The notes under the pieces are model-generated. The model was given only the letters and a program-made list of their open reading frames with translations. It made no database searches and had not been told where the DNA came from. 64,000 nucleotides of DNA from the human T2T-CHM13v2.0 reference genome, Homo sapiens. Numbering within the stretch: the first letter of the stretch is position 1; every line of letters begins with the position of its first letter. The translations under genes were made by a program, and so were the position numbers. Of the stretch, positions 1-13,099 are shown piece by piece. Where the stretch lies: the NCBI RefSeq assembly GCF_009914755.1, contig NC_060927.1. One strand, written 5' to 3'.

Positions 1-347
1 GTCAAGGGGGCCAGTGTAGATGGAGCTGCTGTCAGCCAGGGGAAGAGTAATAGGAAATAAGAGTAATGGGAAATAAGATCCAAAGGGTAGCCAACTACCA
101 GATCCTGTAGGGTTTTATAAACATAGTGAAGACTTTTATTTTAAGAATGTAGGAAAGCCATTAGAGGGGTGACATCATCTGATCACCTCTTAAGAAGCTC
201 ACTGTGGCTGCTGTAGGCACAGGGGTTTCCAGCAGAGGTACCTGTTAGGAGGCCATTGCAGTGATCCAGATAGATGAATGATGCACTAGGCTGGTAGCAG
301 TGGATATTCTGAGAAGCAGTTGGATTTGGATAATATTTTCAGTGGTA
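1..347 (-). mobile_element. L2 LINE fragment (degenerate)
   Basis: Resembles reverse-complement L2 3' region (gaaagccattagaggggtgacatcatctga, ttaggaggccattgcagtgatccag). Confidence 0.7.
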
Positions 348-351
348 GAGG

Positions 352-1782
352 TGAGAGATGACAGCGTGCTGGCAGCCGTCGCTGGCTCTCGGCGTCTCCT
401 CTGCCTGGGCTCCTACTTTGGCGGCACTTGAGGAGCCCTTCAGCCTGCCACTGCACTGTGGGAGCCCCTTTCTGGGCTGGCCAAGGCCAGAGCCGGCTCC
501 CTCAGCTTGCAGGGAGGTGTGGAGGGAGAGGCGCAGGTGGGAACCGGGGCTGCACACGGCGCTTGCGGGCCAGCGCGAGTTCCAGGTGGGCGTGGGCTCG
601 GCAGGCCTGGCACTCGGAGCGGACCCCAGCCCACAAGCCCCGGCCAGTGAGGGGCTTAGCAGCTGGGCCAGCAGCTGCTGTGCTCGACTTCTTGCCGGGC
701 CTTAGCTGCCTCCCCACTGGGCAGGGCTCCGGACCTGCAGCCTGCCATGCCTGAGCCTGCCCTCCCTGCCGTGGGCTCCTGTGCAGCCCAAGCCTCCCCG
801 ACTATCGCCATCCCCTGCTCCATGCTGCCCAGTCCCATCCACCACCCAAGGGCTGAGGAGTGCAGGCGCACAGCAGGCAGCTCCACCTGTGGCCCCGGTG
901 TGAGATCCACTGGGTGAAGCCAGCTGGGCTGCTGAGTCTGGTGGGGACTTGGAGAACCTTTATGTCTAGCTAAGGGATTGTAAATACACCAATTGGTACT
1001 CTGTAACTAGCTCAAGGTTTGTAAACACACCAATCAGCACCCTGTGTCTAGCTCAGGGTTTGTGAATGCACCGATCGACACTCTGTATCTAGCTACTCTG
1101 GTGCGGACTTGGAGAACTTTTGTGTGGACACTCTCTGTCTAGCTAATCTAGTGGGGACGTGGAGAACTTTTGTATCTAGCTCAGGGATTGTAAAGGCACC
1201 AATCAGCACCCTGTCAAAATGGACCAATCAGCGCTCTGTAAAATGGACCAATCAGCTCTCTGTAAAACAGACCAATTGGCTCTCTGTAAAATGGACCAAT
1301 CAGCAGGATGTGGGTGGGGCCAGATAAGGGAATAAACGCAGGCTGCCTGAGCCAGCAGTGGCAACCTATTGGGGTCTTCTTCTGCGCTGTGGGATGTTTG
1401 TTCTTTAACTTCTTGCAGTAAATCTTGCTGCTGCTCACTTTTTGGGTCTACACTGCCTTTATGAGCTGTTAATACTCACCTCGAAGGTTTGCAGCTTCAC
1501 TCCTGAAGCCAGGGAGACCACGAACCCACCGGGAGGAACAAACAACTCCAGACGCGGCGCTCAGTCTTAAGAGCTGTAACACTCACCGCGAAGGTTCGCA
1601 GTTTCACTCCTGAGCCAGCGAGACCACGAACCCACCAGAAGGAAGAAACTCCGAACACATCCGAACATCAGAAGGAACAAACTCCAGACACGCCGCCTTT
1701 AAGAACTGTAACACTCACCGCGAGGGTTCGCGGCTTCATTCTTTAAGTCAGTGAGACCAAGAACCCACCAATTCCGGACACG
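352..1782 (+). mobile_element. LTR12C (HERV9/ERV9) solo LTR, full length
   Basis: Starts TGAGAGATGACAGCGTGCTGGCAG and ends CCAATTCCGGACACG; GC-rich U3, ~40-bp CCAAT repeats, U5 repeats; 4-bp TSD GAGG at 348-351 and 1783-1786. Confidence 0.96.
985..1340 (+). promoter_or_regulatory. LTR12C enhancer/promoter: CCAAT (NF-Y) array, GC box, GATA, AATAAA TATA-like box
   Basis: CCAAT at 989, 1030, 1199, 1224, 1248, 1272, 1296; GGGTGGGGC 1312-1320; AGATAA 1322; AATAAA 1331. Confidence 0.8.
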
Positions 1783-3310
1783 GAGGTAACTTCTGTTCGT
1801 TGTTTAAGACAATTCAAAGGCTGCTTTCTCAGAGATATTTCCTGAACTCTTCCTCCTTGCTGAGTTGAGTTTCTCTCTCCTGTGATCACCCAAGCAGCCC
1901 TCTTTTACTTTTTGACATAATACATTTTATTAAGTGATTTATTATGTATCTGCTGTATCTATGTGGCTGCGAATTCTTTTTTAAGGCCCAGGTCCATGCC
2001 TTTTTTCTGTCTAGTGCCTGGCACTGTACTTGGACATAATTGGTGTTAAATGAATGATTGTTTAATAGACATATAAATCAAAAAAATTAATAGGTAATAA
2101 AATTGGGAAGAAGAAAATGGATAGGGAGATAAGCTGAATCTAGTGTCACATCATCGGTGGTTTTAATTTTGGTGGAAAGCTTTTCTGAGACTCAAAAAGC
2201 CTGGATGTGTTTGGTGGTCAGCCTTATCCTTGTGGTCTTCTTGTATCTCTATCAAACAGATGGAAAAATTCCCTTCAAGTAAATAGGATCTGAAGACAAC
2301 TTCTGTGTCCAGGAGTCTCAGAAGTTAATATAACAAATTTATGAATATGTAACTTCTGAAATTTCATAAAATCACTTTTAAATTTTCTCTGCGTTTGAGA
2401 GTAGATACTAATTTGAAGTTTATTGATGGTGGAGGGATAATTATAGGCATGCCATTTATCTCTCAGCTCCTCTGAAACTGAAGCATTTAAATAATATGTT
2501 ATATGTTTATACAGCCTCATATCCCATGTGTCAAATTTTCTTTTAATTTGAATATAAAATATGGAAGATAAAAGTGTCAAAATGATCTTACCGGTTAAAT
2601 CCTTTTTATTGTTGTTCATTTTCATGTGGTAATGCCCTAAAAGGAATAATACGAACATGGTTTTGAAATGCAAAAGGAAGAGTAGCATGAGCAGGTTTTG
2701 AGCCAAGTGGTGAGCTACCAGAGACCAAATTATTCTCCGGGCTTTATTATTAGCTGACTTTGTGGATTTGACCAGGGAATATGGAGTAAAATAAAAGCAA
2801 GCACTATCAATAATTCATTCAATCACAGTCGATAAATTAACAAACAACTGCCAAAAGAATGGTATTTGCATCAGGCATAATAAGTACCAAGTGGGGGGAT
2901 TCCATCAGCTGGAGATTAGGTTCCATTGAGCTAACAGAAAACCCAAGAAGAGGCTATTTTTCTCATACAATGAGAAGGCCAGAGATAGGCAATCTAGAGC
3001 AGTAATTGTGGCTTCATGTAAGCTCTTTCTGGCTCTGTTCTGCCATCCCTTAGAAGTATAGCTTTCATTTTCATGGTTATGAGATGTCTGTTCTACCTCT
3101 AGTACTGTGTTTGCATTCCAGATATTTTTCATGTATCTTCTAACAAGCATAGTGCCTAGCTCATAAGAGGTACTCAAATATTTATTTAATACATGAATAA
3201 ATGGTGAGTCAGTGAAAAAAAATCTGAAGTTGTACAAAAGTGGAAGCTCAGTGTTCCAAATTATTTAATAGCCTGTCATTATCAGATGATCCGAGCAATT
3301 TATTTTTGCA

Positions 3311-3753
3311 TTGTTACAGGCTGTGTTCTCCAGAAGTAGACAGTAGACCCTCAGATGTAGTCTGGTGTTCAAGATGTTTGTTAAAGATCAGTATCTGTAA
3401 AAGGAAAAGAGTTAGAAGCAGTATCAACTAGAGGAAAAAGCTAACATGCAGTGCAAGCCCAATGAAGCCTCTGTAGGTAGCTTTAGAATAAGCATTGCCT
3501 GTTAGACTGGTCTTACATTGGGTTGAAATGACCGAGTTTCCATATCCCTACTATCTCCTATCCCCTGACACTCTGCTTAGTCATCTGATGCAGGCTGCTC
3601 TGGGAAGAATGTGAACTTGAGTGAGGTGGCTTTCTGCAGCTAAGACTATGAAGAAGCTGAGAGTAGGAGGCTGCCTGGTGACTGCACTCCCCACTGCTGG
3701 GCGGGAAGTCCTTTCTTGAAGTGATCTGAGTGGCAAACCTCCATATCTGCTAT
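3311..3753 (-). mobile_element. LTR16A-like ERVL solo LTR
   Basis: Reverse complement matches LTR16A blocks (ctcagatcacttcaagaaaggacttc, gcagaaagccacctcactcaag, cagcctgcatc). Confidence 0.7.
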
Positions 3754-4943
3754 AGTATGATATTTCACATATCCAATAACCGATGTCACTTGTCATGACA
3801 CAAAAATAAAATGACAAGATCCATAAAAGAAAAGGAAAGAAGAAAGAAGGAGGAGGCATGATGAGAGCAGAAAGCTTAGCTCAAGGAAAGTGTCTTAATC
3901 AAGTTGGGCTGTTATAACAAAATAGTATAGACTGGGTGACTTAAACAACAAACATTTATTTCTCGCAGTTCTGGAGGCTGAGAAGTCCAAGATCCAAGAT
4001 GCCCACACATGTGGTTCTTGGTGAAGGCCCTTTCCCTAACTTGCAGACAGCACCCTTCTTGCTGTATTCTCACATGGTGGAGAGAGGTTTCCTTTCTTGA
4101 GGAATAGCACATATTCACGAGCTTCCTTCATTCTGTCCTTTTTGAATGTTTCCTCTAGTCTCAGCTGGCAGTGTTTCTGCTGATATAATCCCATCTATTT
4201 TCTGGCTTCTGTTGACATCACTGATTAGGTCTGTGATTCACACCCACACTAATCTCCTTATCAAATGATTGGTCAGACACATGCTTGGTATTTTCTTCTG
4301 AACATGCTTTTTCTTTTTTTTGCAATATAGACAGGCTGGGCATTTTCCAAATCTTTAAGTTCTGGTTCTCTTTTGCTTAACAATTCTGTCTTGATGTCAT
4401 TTCTCACTTTTTGCATTATACTCTGAGCAGTCAGGAGGAACCAAACCAGTTTTTCAACCCTTTGCTTAGAATTGTCAGCTAAATATCCAATTTCATTACT
4501 TGCATGTTCTACCTTTCACAAAACTCTAGAATAAAAACACAATTCAGAATAATTCTCTGCCACGTTATAACAAATGTTGCCTTTTTAAAAATTGTTCAAT
4601 AACTTGTTCCTCATTTCTGTCCGAAACCTTATCAGAATGACCTTTACCATCAATATGTGTACCAACAGTATGTTGATGATTAGTTACATATTCTCTGGGA
4701 AGATGGAGGGTTTTTTCTTTCACTCTCCTCTTTTCTTTCTGAGCTCTCACTAGAATCCCATTGAGCAGTACCTTAACAATGGTCTCGAATTGTTCTGGTA
4801 TGCATCTGAAAACCCTTCTAGCCTCTATGCATTATTCAGTTCCAAAACTGCTTCTGTGTTTTTAGATATTTGTTACAGCAGCACCCCACTTCTAGGTACC
4901 AATTTCTGTCTTAGCTCTGGGTACTATAAAAATACCATAGACT

Positions 4944-5348
<405 letters not shown>

Positions 5349-6486
5349 AGCAAGGTGCTGTCAGTTTCCATTCTGGGTAAGCGCCTCTGCCTAGCTTGCA
5401 GACAGCCACCTGTATCCTGATCTGTCTGCTTGTAGTTGTAGCCTCACATGGTGGAGATGGGAGGACCTCTTTTTAAAAGGGCACTAATCCCATCATAAGG
5501 GTTCCATTCTTGTGATCTCATCTAAAACTAATTTTCTCCCAAGGACTTCACCTTCTAGTAGCACCACATTGGGGGTTAGGGCTTCAATGTATAAATTTTG
5601 AGGGGACGTAAACCCTTTGTTTCAATCCATAACAGAAAATGATGGCTATTGATGTTGGAACTCAGCATTGACTTTGCCTATGTAAATGCAACATCGTTAA
5701 TGAACGGTTCTCAATGGACAGAAGTCTCTACTTGGGCAAAGTGGTATAACAGCAGCAAGTACTGTTTAAAACTGATTTGACTGGAAGGAAATGGTTTATA
5801 AATGGGATTTCTAATGCAAGTTGCTGTTTTGGCTCTGAGTATGGAATCTAAGCATTGCAATCTCAAATAGAGCCCCACCTTGTGGTTAGTAGAGGAAGCT
5901 GCTCATCTCAGGAAATGAGTGGTTAGCTTTCTATTCTTTAATAGTGTGGGCTGAAGTAGATGTTTTCTTGATTTTTAAAAGCATATGTTTTTTGAATTTT
6001 ATTATTAATTATCTTCACGTGGATACATAGCTGATAAGCAGTGCTTGATTTTATGACCCTTTAGCTTTGCCATTTGTTTCCCATATGCCCTCTTAGAATG
6101 TCCTTGGTATACAGTCCCCTCACCTGTATGTTATTTCTGGTCACTTTTTTACTCTCAGATGACTCCAACTAATCAATTACTGAGCTGAATTTGGCTCAGG
6201 GAGTATTTGCCTTTCAATAATGATAGCCTCTTGATAAAGTAAATGCCTTTAGGACCCTAGGGAATGACTCAAAATAGTGTGTGCTGGACATTTTGGTGTA
6301 AGGTGGGAGAAATATTTTGGACGGAAAGAAAATCAGGAAGAGAGGTGCCAGACTTATTTAAATCTAACTCAATCTATACTATCTTTATAGGAAATAAAAA
6401 ATATAATACAATTTAATTAATTATGAGCATAGTCTATTTTTTGTTTCCTTTAATTATTGCAACTAACACATTTTCTCTTTTGCCAA

Positions 6487-7031
6487 TAAAGGAAAACAAA
6501 AATATTTCACTCCAAAATATACTTCAGTGACATATTTCAAGAGGGTTATTCAGAGGGCCTACGGACAGGAATAGCCCTGAAAAGCTGCCTTTTGTGGAAG
6601 AAATTTGCATCTGTAGAGAAAAATCCACGTTAGTGAAATAAATACCCAGACTTTCTCTGAGGCCCTCCCCCTTATCCAGATCTAGAAAAGATGTACTCAA
6701 CCACAAACTACCATCTCTTTTTTTCTGAGAGCTGCTGTCTGTGAGGTTTCATGTACACAACAAGCCCACCTTTGCCCCATGCCTTTCTTTCTCCCTCCTA
6801 TAACCGTCTTGCTACACTCCAAGCCCATGTTTATTCTATAATCTCAAGATGGTGTAATGGCGTTAACCACCTGGCCCTTTCTTTGAGTTTTCACATTTTG
6901 TATTACTTCCATGCACATGTGTGTGCAATAATAAATTTTGTTTGGCTTTTCTCCTAATAATGGGCTGTTTGTCAGCTGATTTTCAGTGAGCCTTCAGAAG
7001 GCGAAGGGGAAGTTTCCCCTTGGCTTCTGCA
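6487..7031 (+). mobile_element. 5' LTR (MER34-like)
   Basis: aaggaaaacaaaaatatttcactccaaaatatacttc ... gaaggggaagtttcccctt; colinear with 12048-12581. Confidence 0.85.
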
Positions 7032-7346
7032 GTTTTGTTGTACTGCAGGATACAAAAAGCTCTACAGTTTTGTTGTAGAGCAGGATAACCAAAACCACTC
7101 TGCTCCTCTGGATGTCACATCAAGGGAACCCAGGATCTGACACGCCAGCCGTAGGGTAAGAATATCTTCCCAGTCAGATTCCCAGGTGTCTTTCACGAAT
7201 CCTGTTGAGAGGTCGGTAAAAATCACTATCTCTTTTTCCTTTTTCAAATTAAGATTAATGGGAGAAAAGCATTTACAGTAGTCTTAGATGAAGCAACTCT
7301 AGTTTATTTTTTAGTGTAAATATTCATATGTTTGGTCCTTGTGCTC

Positions 7347-7391
7347 TTAAAAGTAATGGTAAAACCTGCAATTACTCTTGCACCAACCTAA
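7347..7391. mobile_element. MADE1 (Hsmar1-derived MITE), one arm only
   Basis: ttaaaagtaatggtaaaacctgcaattactcttgcaccaacctaa followed by TA. Confidence 0.85.
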
Positions 7392-7657
7392 TATCTCAAA
7401 CTTCTCAAAGTTTAAGAGTGACTCTAGGACACCTTCTTCCATTTGCTATGCCTCTCCTTTTGCCACCTTCAGTCTCCCATCTAGTTTCCTTAAGTGATTG
7501 ATACGTTCCCCTTCAAGACGATAATTCCTCCATTTGGTAGTCACTGGATGAAAAACTGAAGAAAGAAAATAAGAGAGTTTCAATTACCACATAAACAGAT
7601 CTAAAAGATATGCTAGTGACTCTGGGACCCCTTGAGGAATAAAGCCAACGTGCCAGT

Positions 7658-8109
7658 TTTCATGTGCGTCTGTGTGAAGAGACCACCAAACAGGCTTTGT
7701 GTGAGCAACATGGCTGTTTATTTCACCTGCGTGCAGGTGGGCTGAGTCCGAAAAGAGAGTCAGCGAAGGGAGAATAAGGGTGGGGCCGTTTTATAGGATT
7801 TGGGTAGGTAAAGGAAAATTACAAAGGGGGTTTGTTCTCTGGCGGGCAGGAGTGGGGGGGTCACAAGGTGCTCAGTGGGGGTGCTTTTTGAGCCAGGATG
7901 AGCTAGGAAAAGGACTTTCACAAGGTAGTGTCATCACTTAAGGCAAGGACCGACCATTTACACTTCTTTTGTGGTGGAATGTCATCAGTTAAGGTGGGGC
8001 AGGGCATATTCACTTCTTTTGTGATTCTTCAGTTACTTCAGGCCATCTGGGCTTATACGTGCAAGTCACAGGGGATGCAATGGCTTGGCTTGGGCTCAGA
8101 GGCCTGACA
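7658..8109 (-). mobile_element. LTR7 (HERV-H) solo LTR, LTR7up-like
   Basis: Reverse complement TGTCAGGCCTCTGAGCCCAAG...GACGCACATGAAA; perfect 5-bp TSD CCAGT at 7653-7657 and 8110-8114; TATA at 7789-7795; AATAAA at 7717-7722. Confidence 0.96.
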
Positions 8110-9363
8110 CCAGTGACCCCTTTTGGGGCCGCCTTTCTTTCTCATGGAGTCCTGAGAGTTATGAGTTGATTTGGCCCTATTCGTTAATGGATGTTGCCCT
8201 GAAATCAATGACCCAGTTAAGAAATTGAAACTAATTTTAAAAGCCACCTATTCAACTAAATCCGTCTCCAAAGTACATATTTATGGCATTTCACTGGCTC
8301 TTTAAAAGCTCTTTGTGAAAGAAATTTCTATCTGTAAAGAAAACCTCCATTTGCAAGGGCACCTTCCTCTCCGTATCTAAACCATGAGAAACTTTTACAA
8401 TGAGAAAGGCAAGTTTACATAACAAACCTTACTTTTATTTAATGTACTTTTCCTGGCTATCTTTCCTTTTCTGTGCATTTACCTAAGCCCCTCTTTGTCT
8501 TGGTGGATAATTATGTTTAGATCTATGTTTTGTGTCTTTGAGATATAAATTTTTTACCTTGTTCCACCTAAGAGTCATTCCTTTAGAAGTACAAATTTGG
8601 GGTTGCCTACCTGTTTTCTTAGGGGAGTAAAATGAGTAATCACAAGATTGATCTGAATTGGGGAAAGCAAAACTATCGGGAAGCCAGCAAATGAAGAATC
8701 TTAATGAAAGCTATAAGATCTGCTTCTGTCTTTGTGTCTGTCTATATGTCAATGTGTATTATGTGTATATGATATTGCTATGTGATCTGAGATAATCTTT
8801 GGAAAGTAAAGCTAGTTTAAAAACTGTTGGTAAAATAAAATAGGAAAGTCTTCAGAATTGTCAGTACTAAATATAGTTTAGACGTTTTTGCCTGGATCTA
8901 CTTTCAGATAGGTATATGCTGTCTCTGCTACATGTTTTAACATCATACGACTGCTGCTTTTATAGTATTTTTTGTACTTGCTTGATTTGCCTGTATGCTA
9001 AAGCAATAAGGGCTGGCTTCTGGGCTCACCGGAAGCTTTGCACACATCTTACTGTGAACTTACGTTTCTGATTTTTGGTCTCTGGATTCTGGGGTCTGGG
9101 TAGGTGGCCATAAGCAGGCCTGGGGACATATGTGTGCCTGCAGCACCTGGGCTACCAGCTACCATCTTCAGAGCTCTGTCCTCTGTCCTGGGCTCTACCT
9201 CTGATATATAAATCTACGACCCAAATAGGTGCTATCCTTCATAGTCTCTTTGGTGCCACATGGTACACAGGACTCAGGACAACTGGGGAAGTCATGGGGT
9301 AGTGTGGTATCTGTGTTATAGTTTCAAAATTATTTTTAGTAATTTAAAATCTTAAAGTCATGT

Positions 9364-9704
9364 TGTATTAGTCCATTTTCATGCTGCTGATAAAGAGATA
9401 CCTGAGACTGGGTAATTTACAGAGAAAAAAGGGTTTAATGGACTTACAATTCCATGTGGCTGGAGAGGCCTCACAATCATGGCAGAAGGCAAGGAGGAGC
9501 AAGTCATGTCTTACATGGATGGCAACAGGCAAAGAGAGAGCTTGTGATCTTTTGAAACCATCAGATCTCATGAGACTTATTCACTGTCAAAAGAATAGCA
9601 CAGGAAAGACCTACCCCAATAATTCTATTACCTGCCATTGGGTCCCTCCCACAACATGTAGGAATTCAAGATGAGATTTGGGTGGGGACACAGCCAAACC
9701 ATAT
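9364..9704 (-). mobile_element. THE1B-like MaLR solo LTR (small internal deletion)
   Basis: tgtattagtccattttcatgctgctg ... gggtggggacacagccaaaccatat. Confidence 0.92.
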
Positions 9705-9986
9705 ATGTTTAAGTAATAGATAATTATATGTCTAAGTCATTTCTAAGTAAGTTAAACTATGAAAACATTAATTATTAAATATAAGTTTATTTACTTTGAC
9801 ATCTTATTTTGCTAAGGTATAGAAACACTAAATATAATTAGAGCTGTTAATAAACAAAAAATTGAGAAAGAATATCTTTCTAAAAATTATAAAATGGCTT
9901 TCACCTTTAAATACTGATATAAAACAGTCCAAAATTACTCATTTCCTAGGTTTCGCTAGAAATTAGCATTATTGAGTTAAGATTAA

Positions 9987-10165
9987 ATATATATAATTAT
10001 ATATATGAGAATATATATAATTATATATGAGAATATATATAATTAAATATATGAGAATATATATAATTATATATATGAGAATATATATAATTATATATAT
10101 GAGAATATATATAATTATATATATGAGAATATATATAATTATATATATGAGAATATATATAATTA
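9987..10165. repeat. 24-bp AT-rich minisatellite (ATATATATAATTATATATATGAGA) x~7.5
   Basis: Units read directly; one 22-bp unit and one unit with a substitution. Confidence 0.97.
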
Positions 10166-10417
10166 AAACTAATGAAATAAGAAATAATTCCATATGCAAA
10201 GTGTACGAGAAAAGTAAGGTATGTTTTTGGTGAGGAAAGTTACAGAGGCACGAAGATTGTGTTTATTGAGAATGAAATAATTATGTCTAGTTTATGGGTT
10301 ATTTAAAGATTCTAAAGGACAACATGATATTGATAAAACTAAATAACAGTTTCTGACAGCCCCAGGAACCTCAAGAGATTTTGGGGGTCTTCAGCTAAAG
10401 AGGAGTTCACCCATCTC

Positions 10418-10639
10418 TCTTCTTTTTCTTTTCTTTTTTTTTTTGAGTCAGGGTCTTGCTCTGTTATTCAAGCTGGAATGCAGTGGCACAATCACAACTC
10501 ACTGAAGCCTTGGCTTGTGTGCTCAAGTGGTCCTCCCACTTCAACTTTCTGAGTAGCTGGGACTGCAGGTGTGTGTCACCACACCTTGCTATTTTTAAAT
10601 TTTTCTGTAGAGACGAGGTCTTGCTATGTTGCCTAGACT
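10418..10639 (-). mobile_element. 5'-truncated AluJ
   Basis: J-type motifs (gggtcttgctctg, ctcaagtggtcctcccac, ttgctatgttgcc); TSD gagttcac(c/t)cat(c/t)tc at 10403-10417 and 10640-10654. Confidence 0.88.
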
Positions 10640-11180
10640 GAGTTCACTCATTTCATAAAGGTGTTACAGACACAGTATTTGGCTTTGCTTGTAAGCCTCA
10701 AGAGATTTTTAAAAGTTAAATCCAAAATTCCTTATTAAAAAATTCCAGCAAAGCCAGCTTAAAAACAGCCTATATAGCAATCACTGTTCTTTCTATACTT
10801 TATGCAAATAGGCCAAGTGTAATAAAACTAAACTTATTTTGTACATAAATTGGTCTTACTATGATTTCTCTTTGTTAGAAATGGGGTACTGGAGACAGGA
10901 AAACTATGTTTCAGAACGATACCTATAGTTCATCTGTTATTAGGTTCTGGATCTTTTTTTTTTGAGATTTTATTATTTACCTGCAATATAAACGAAATCC
11001 TAAATTTCTAGTTTCCTCAAATATATGACTGTGACTCTGTAGACTAACATTTCCAATTTTTCTTTCTCTCCTCTAACCTAGAATCACTAGAAATTAAAAC
11101 TGTGCTTTCCTTAAAGCCCTGCAAATCGAAACTAGACAACTTGATAAAAACTTCAGAAGAAATCACTACAGCTATCTATC

Positions 11181-11486
<306 letters not shown>

Positions 11487-11490
11487 ATAG

Positions 11491-11529
<39 letters not shown>

Positions 11530-11534
11530 TCTAT
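11491..11534. repeat. Compound tetranucleotide STR (CTGT)5(CTAT)6
   Basis: Read directly. Confidence 0.95.
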
Positions 11535-12047
11535 ATTTGGCCTTCATGCCTGTTGATGTATGGACTACTCAGAAGGTTCACTAGAACATATGATTTGAAC
11601 TACAATCTACAAAAATCTGTCCGATTGCCATGCCTGCCCAATCCAACTGAAGGTGTTTTAGAGACTTGAGAAAAACTAGTTTATAGACTACCCTAGACAT
11701 TAACCTTAGTTTTTCCTTTGTTTCCATAGACATACCTCTTACTAACAGACATCTTACTTACAAGCATATTACTTACAAACATCTGTTTGCCTGTATCATA
11801 TGTAGAGACTTGGCTTTGAGATCCCATCTGCAATGCCACCTCCTGGAATGGGGCACAAGTGTTTAACTGAACCGACTTATAAGAGACTGATTCAAGAAGG
11901 TATCAGCTGCTTGGTCTAATGTATGCTTTTTCCCCTTCCCCTTTGCCAGTCTCTTATCTCACAACCTCTGACCCAAACCTCTTCATAGCTACCAACCCCA
12001 TTTTAATATGTGAAACTTTCTAAACACGAAGTTTCAAATGGGGGGAC

Positions 12048-12581
12048 TAAAGAAAACCAAAAATGTTTTGTACCAAAATATACTTCTTGAACATATTTTG
12101 AGATGGTTATTCAGAGGGCGTGTAGACAGGAATAGCCCTGAAAAGCTGCCTTTTGTGGAGATTTGCATCTGTAGAGAAAAAAACCACATTAGTAAAATAA
12201 TAAATCCAGGCTTTCTCTACGGCCCTCTCCCTTACCCGGATCTAGAAAAGATTAACTCAGCCACAGGATACCATTTATTCTTTCTGAGAGTTGCTAGTTG
12301 GGAGATTTTAACTATATAATAAGATTGCCTTTGCCCCACGCTTTTGTTTCTCTCTCCTTCCCATTACCAGTCTTGGCATGCTCCAGCCCCCTAACCTCAT
12401 GGCATGAAAGCATCAACCAGCTGGCCTTTTCTTTGAGATTTTACATTTTTTATGACTCCCATGCACATGTGTGTGCATTAATAAATTTTGTTTGGCTTCT
12501 CTTCTGTTAGTCTGCCTTTTGCTAGTTGATTTTCAGTGAACCTGTAGGGGGCAAAGGGGAAGTTTTCCCTTGGTCCCTGTA
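12048..12581 (+). mobile_element. 3' LTR (MER34-like)
   Basis: Colinear diverged copy of 6487-7031, preceded by a polypurine tract. Confidence 0.85.
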
Positions 12582-13099
12582 GCAAGGGACAACTGCATGA
12601 GCAGTCTTAGAGATATCCAAACATGATCATAAAAGCACCAGTAAGAGGGGAAAATAAAGTCATTTTGGCATTGGCATTTGCAAATAAAAATATTATTAAA
12701 GACAATAAAATTTTTTTCATGATAGCTTATGTATTTTCAACAGTAATCCTTTGTTTTTAATGAGATGACTTTGTTTTGATTTTGTATTTTATCATTTTTA
12801 TTGTTTTATGTTGTTGTTACTGTGTATTATTGCTTTTGAAGATTCTGAATCCTGTATTATTTGGGTAGAATTTATCATCAAAAGCTAATTACTCTTATTA
12901 GAAATGCACTGTTGTATTTTGCTTTGGGAAGGAATACTTTAATAAGGCTCTGCAAATTTTTGAAGACAGTTTACTTCCAGCCACTCAAAATGTGTTGTCA
13001 CATTTCTGACCTCCTCTGACAGGATTAAAACCTTTACACAGATAAAATAAATAGAAATATGCCTCTCTTCTTGAATAATTTGCATTTTAATTAACAAAT

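Noticed and set aside
961-1310. Regularly spaced repeats resembling a CRISPR-like array
   Set aside because: These are the standard ERV9 U3 tandem enhancer repeats; no unique spacers, and the context is eukaryotic
339-1438. Cluster of overlapping ORFs
   Set aside because: All lie in the GC-rich, stop-poor U3 and repeat region of LTR12C; no domain similarity
352-1800. Assignment to a known LTR12C-driven gene such as SCHLAP1
   Set aside because: The flank after the LTR does not match the sequence I recall, and no downstream exon is recognisable; the locus is left unnamed
2275-2706. 143-aa minus-strand ORF
   Set aside because: Non-ATG start, AT-biased composition, no recognisable homology or exon structure
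9969-10233. Repetitive ORFs (IYILIYII / MRIYIIIY)
   Set aside because: Translation of the 24-bp minisatellite
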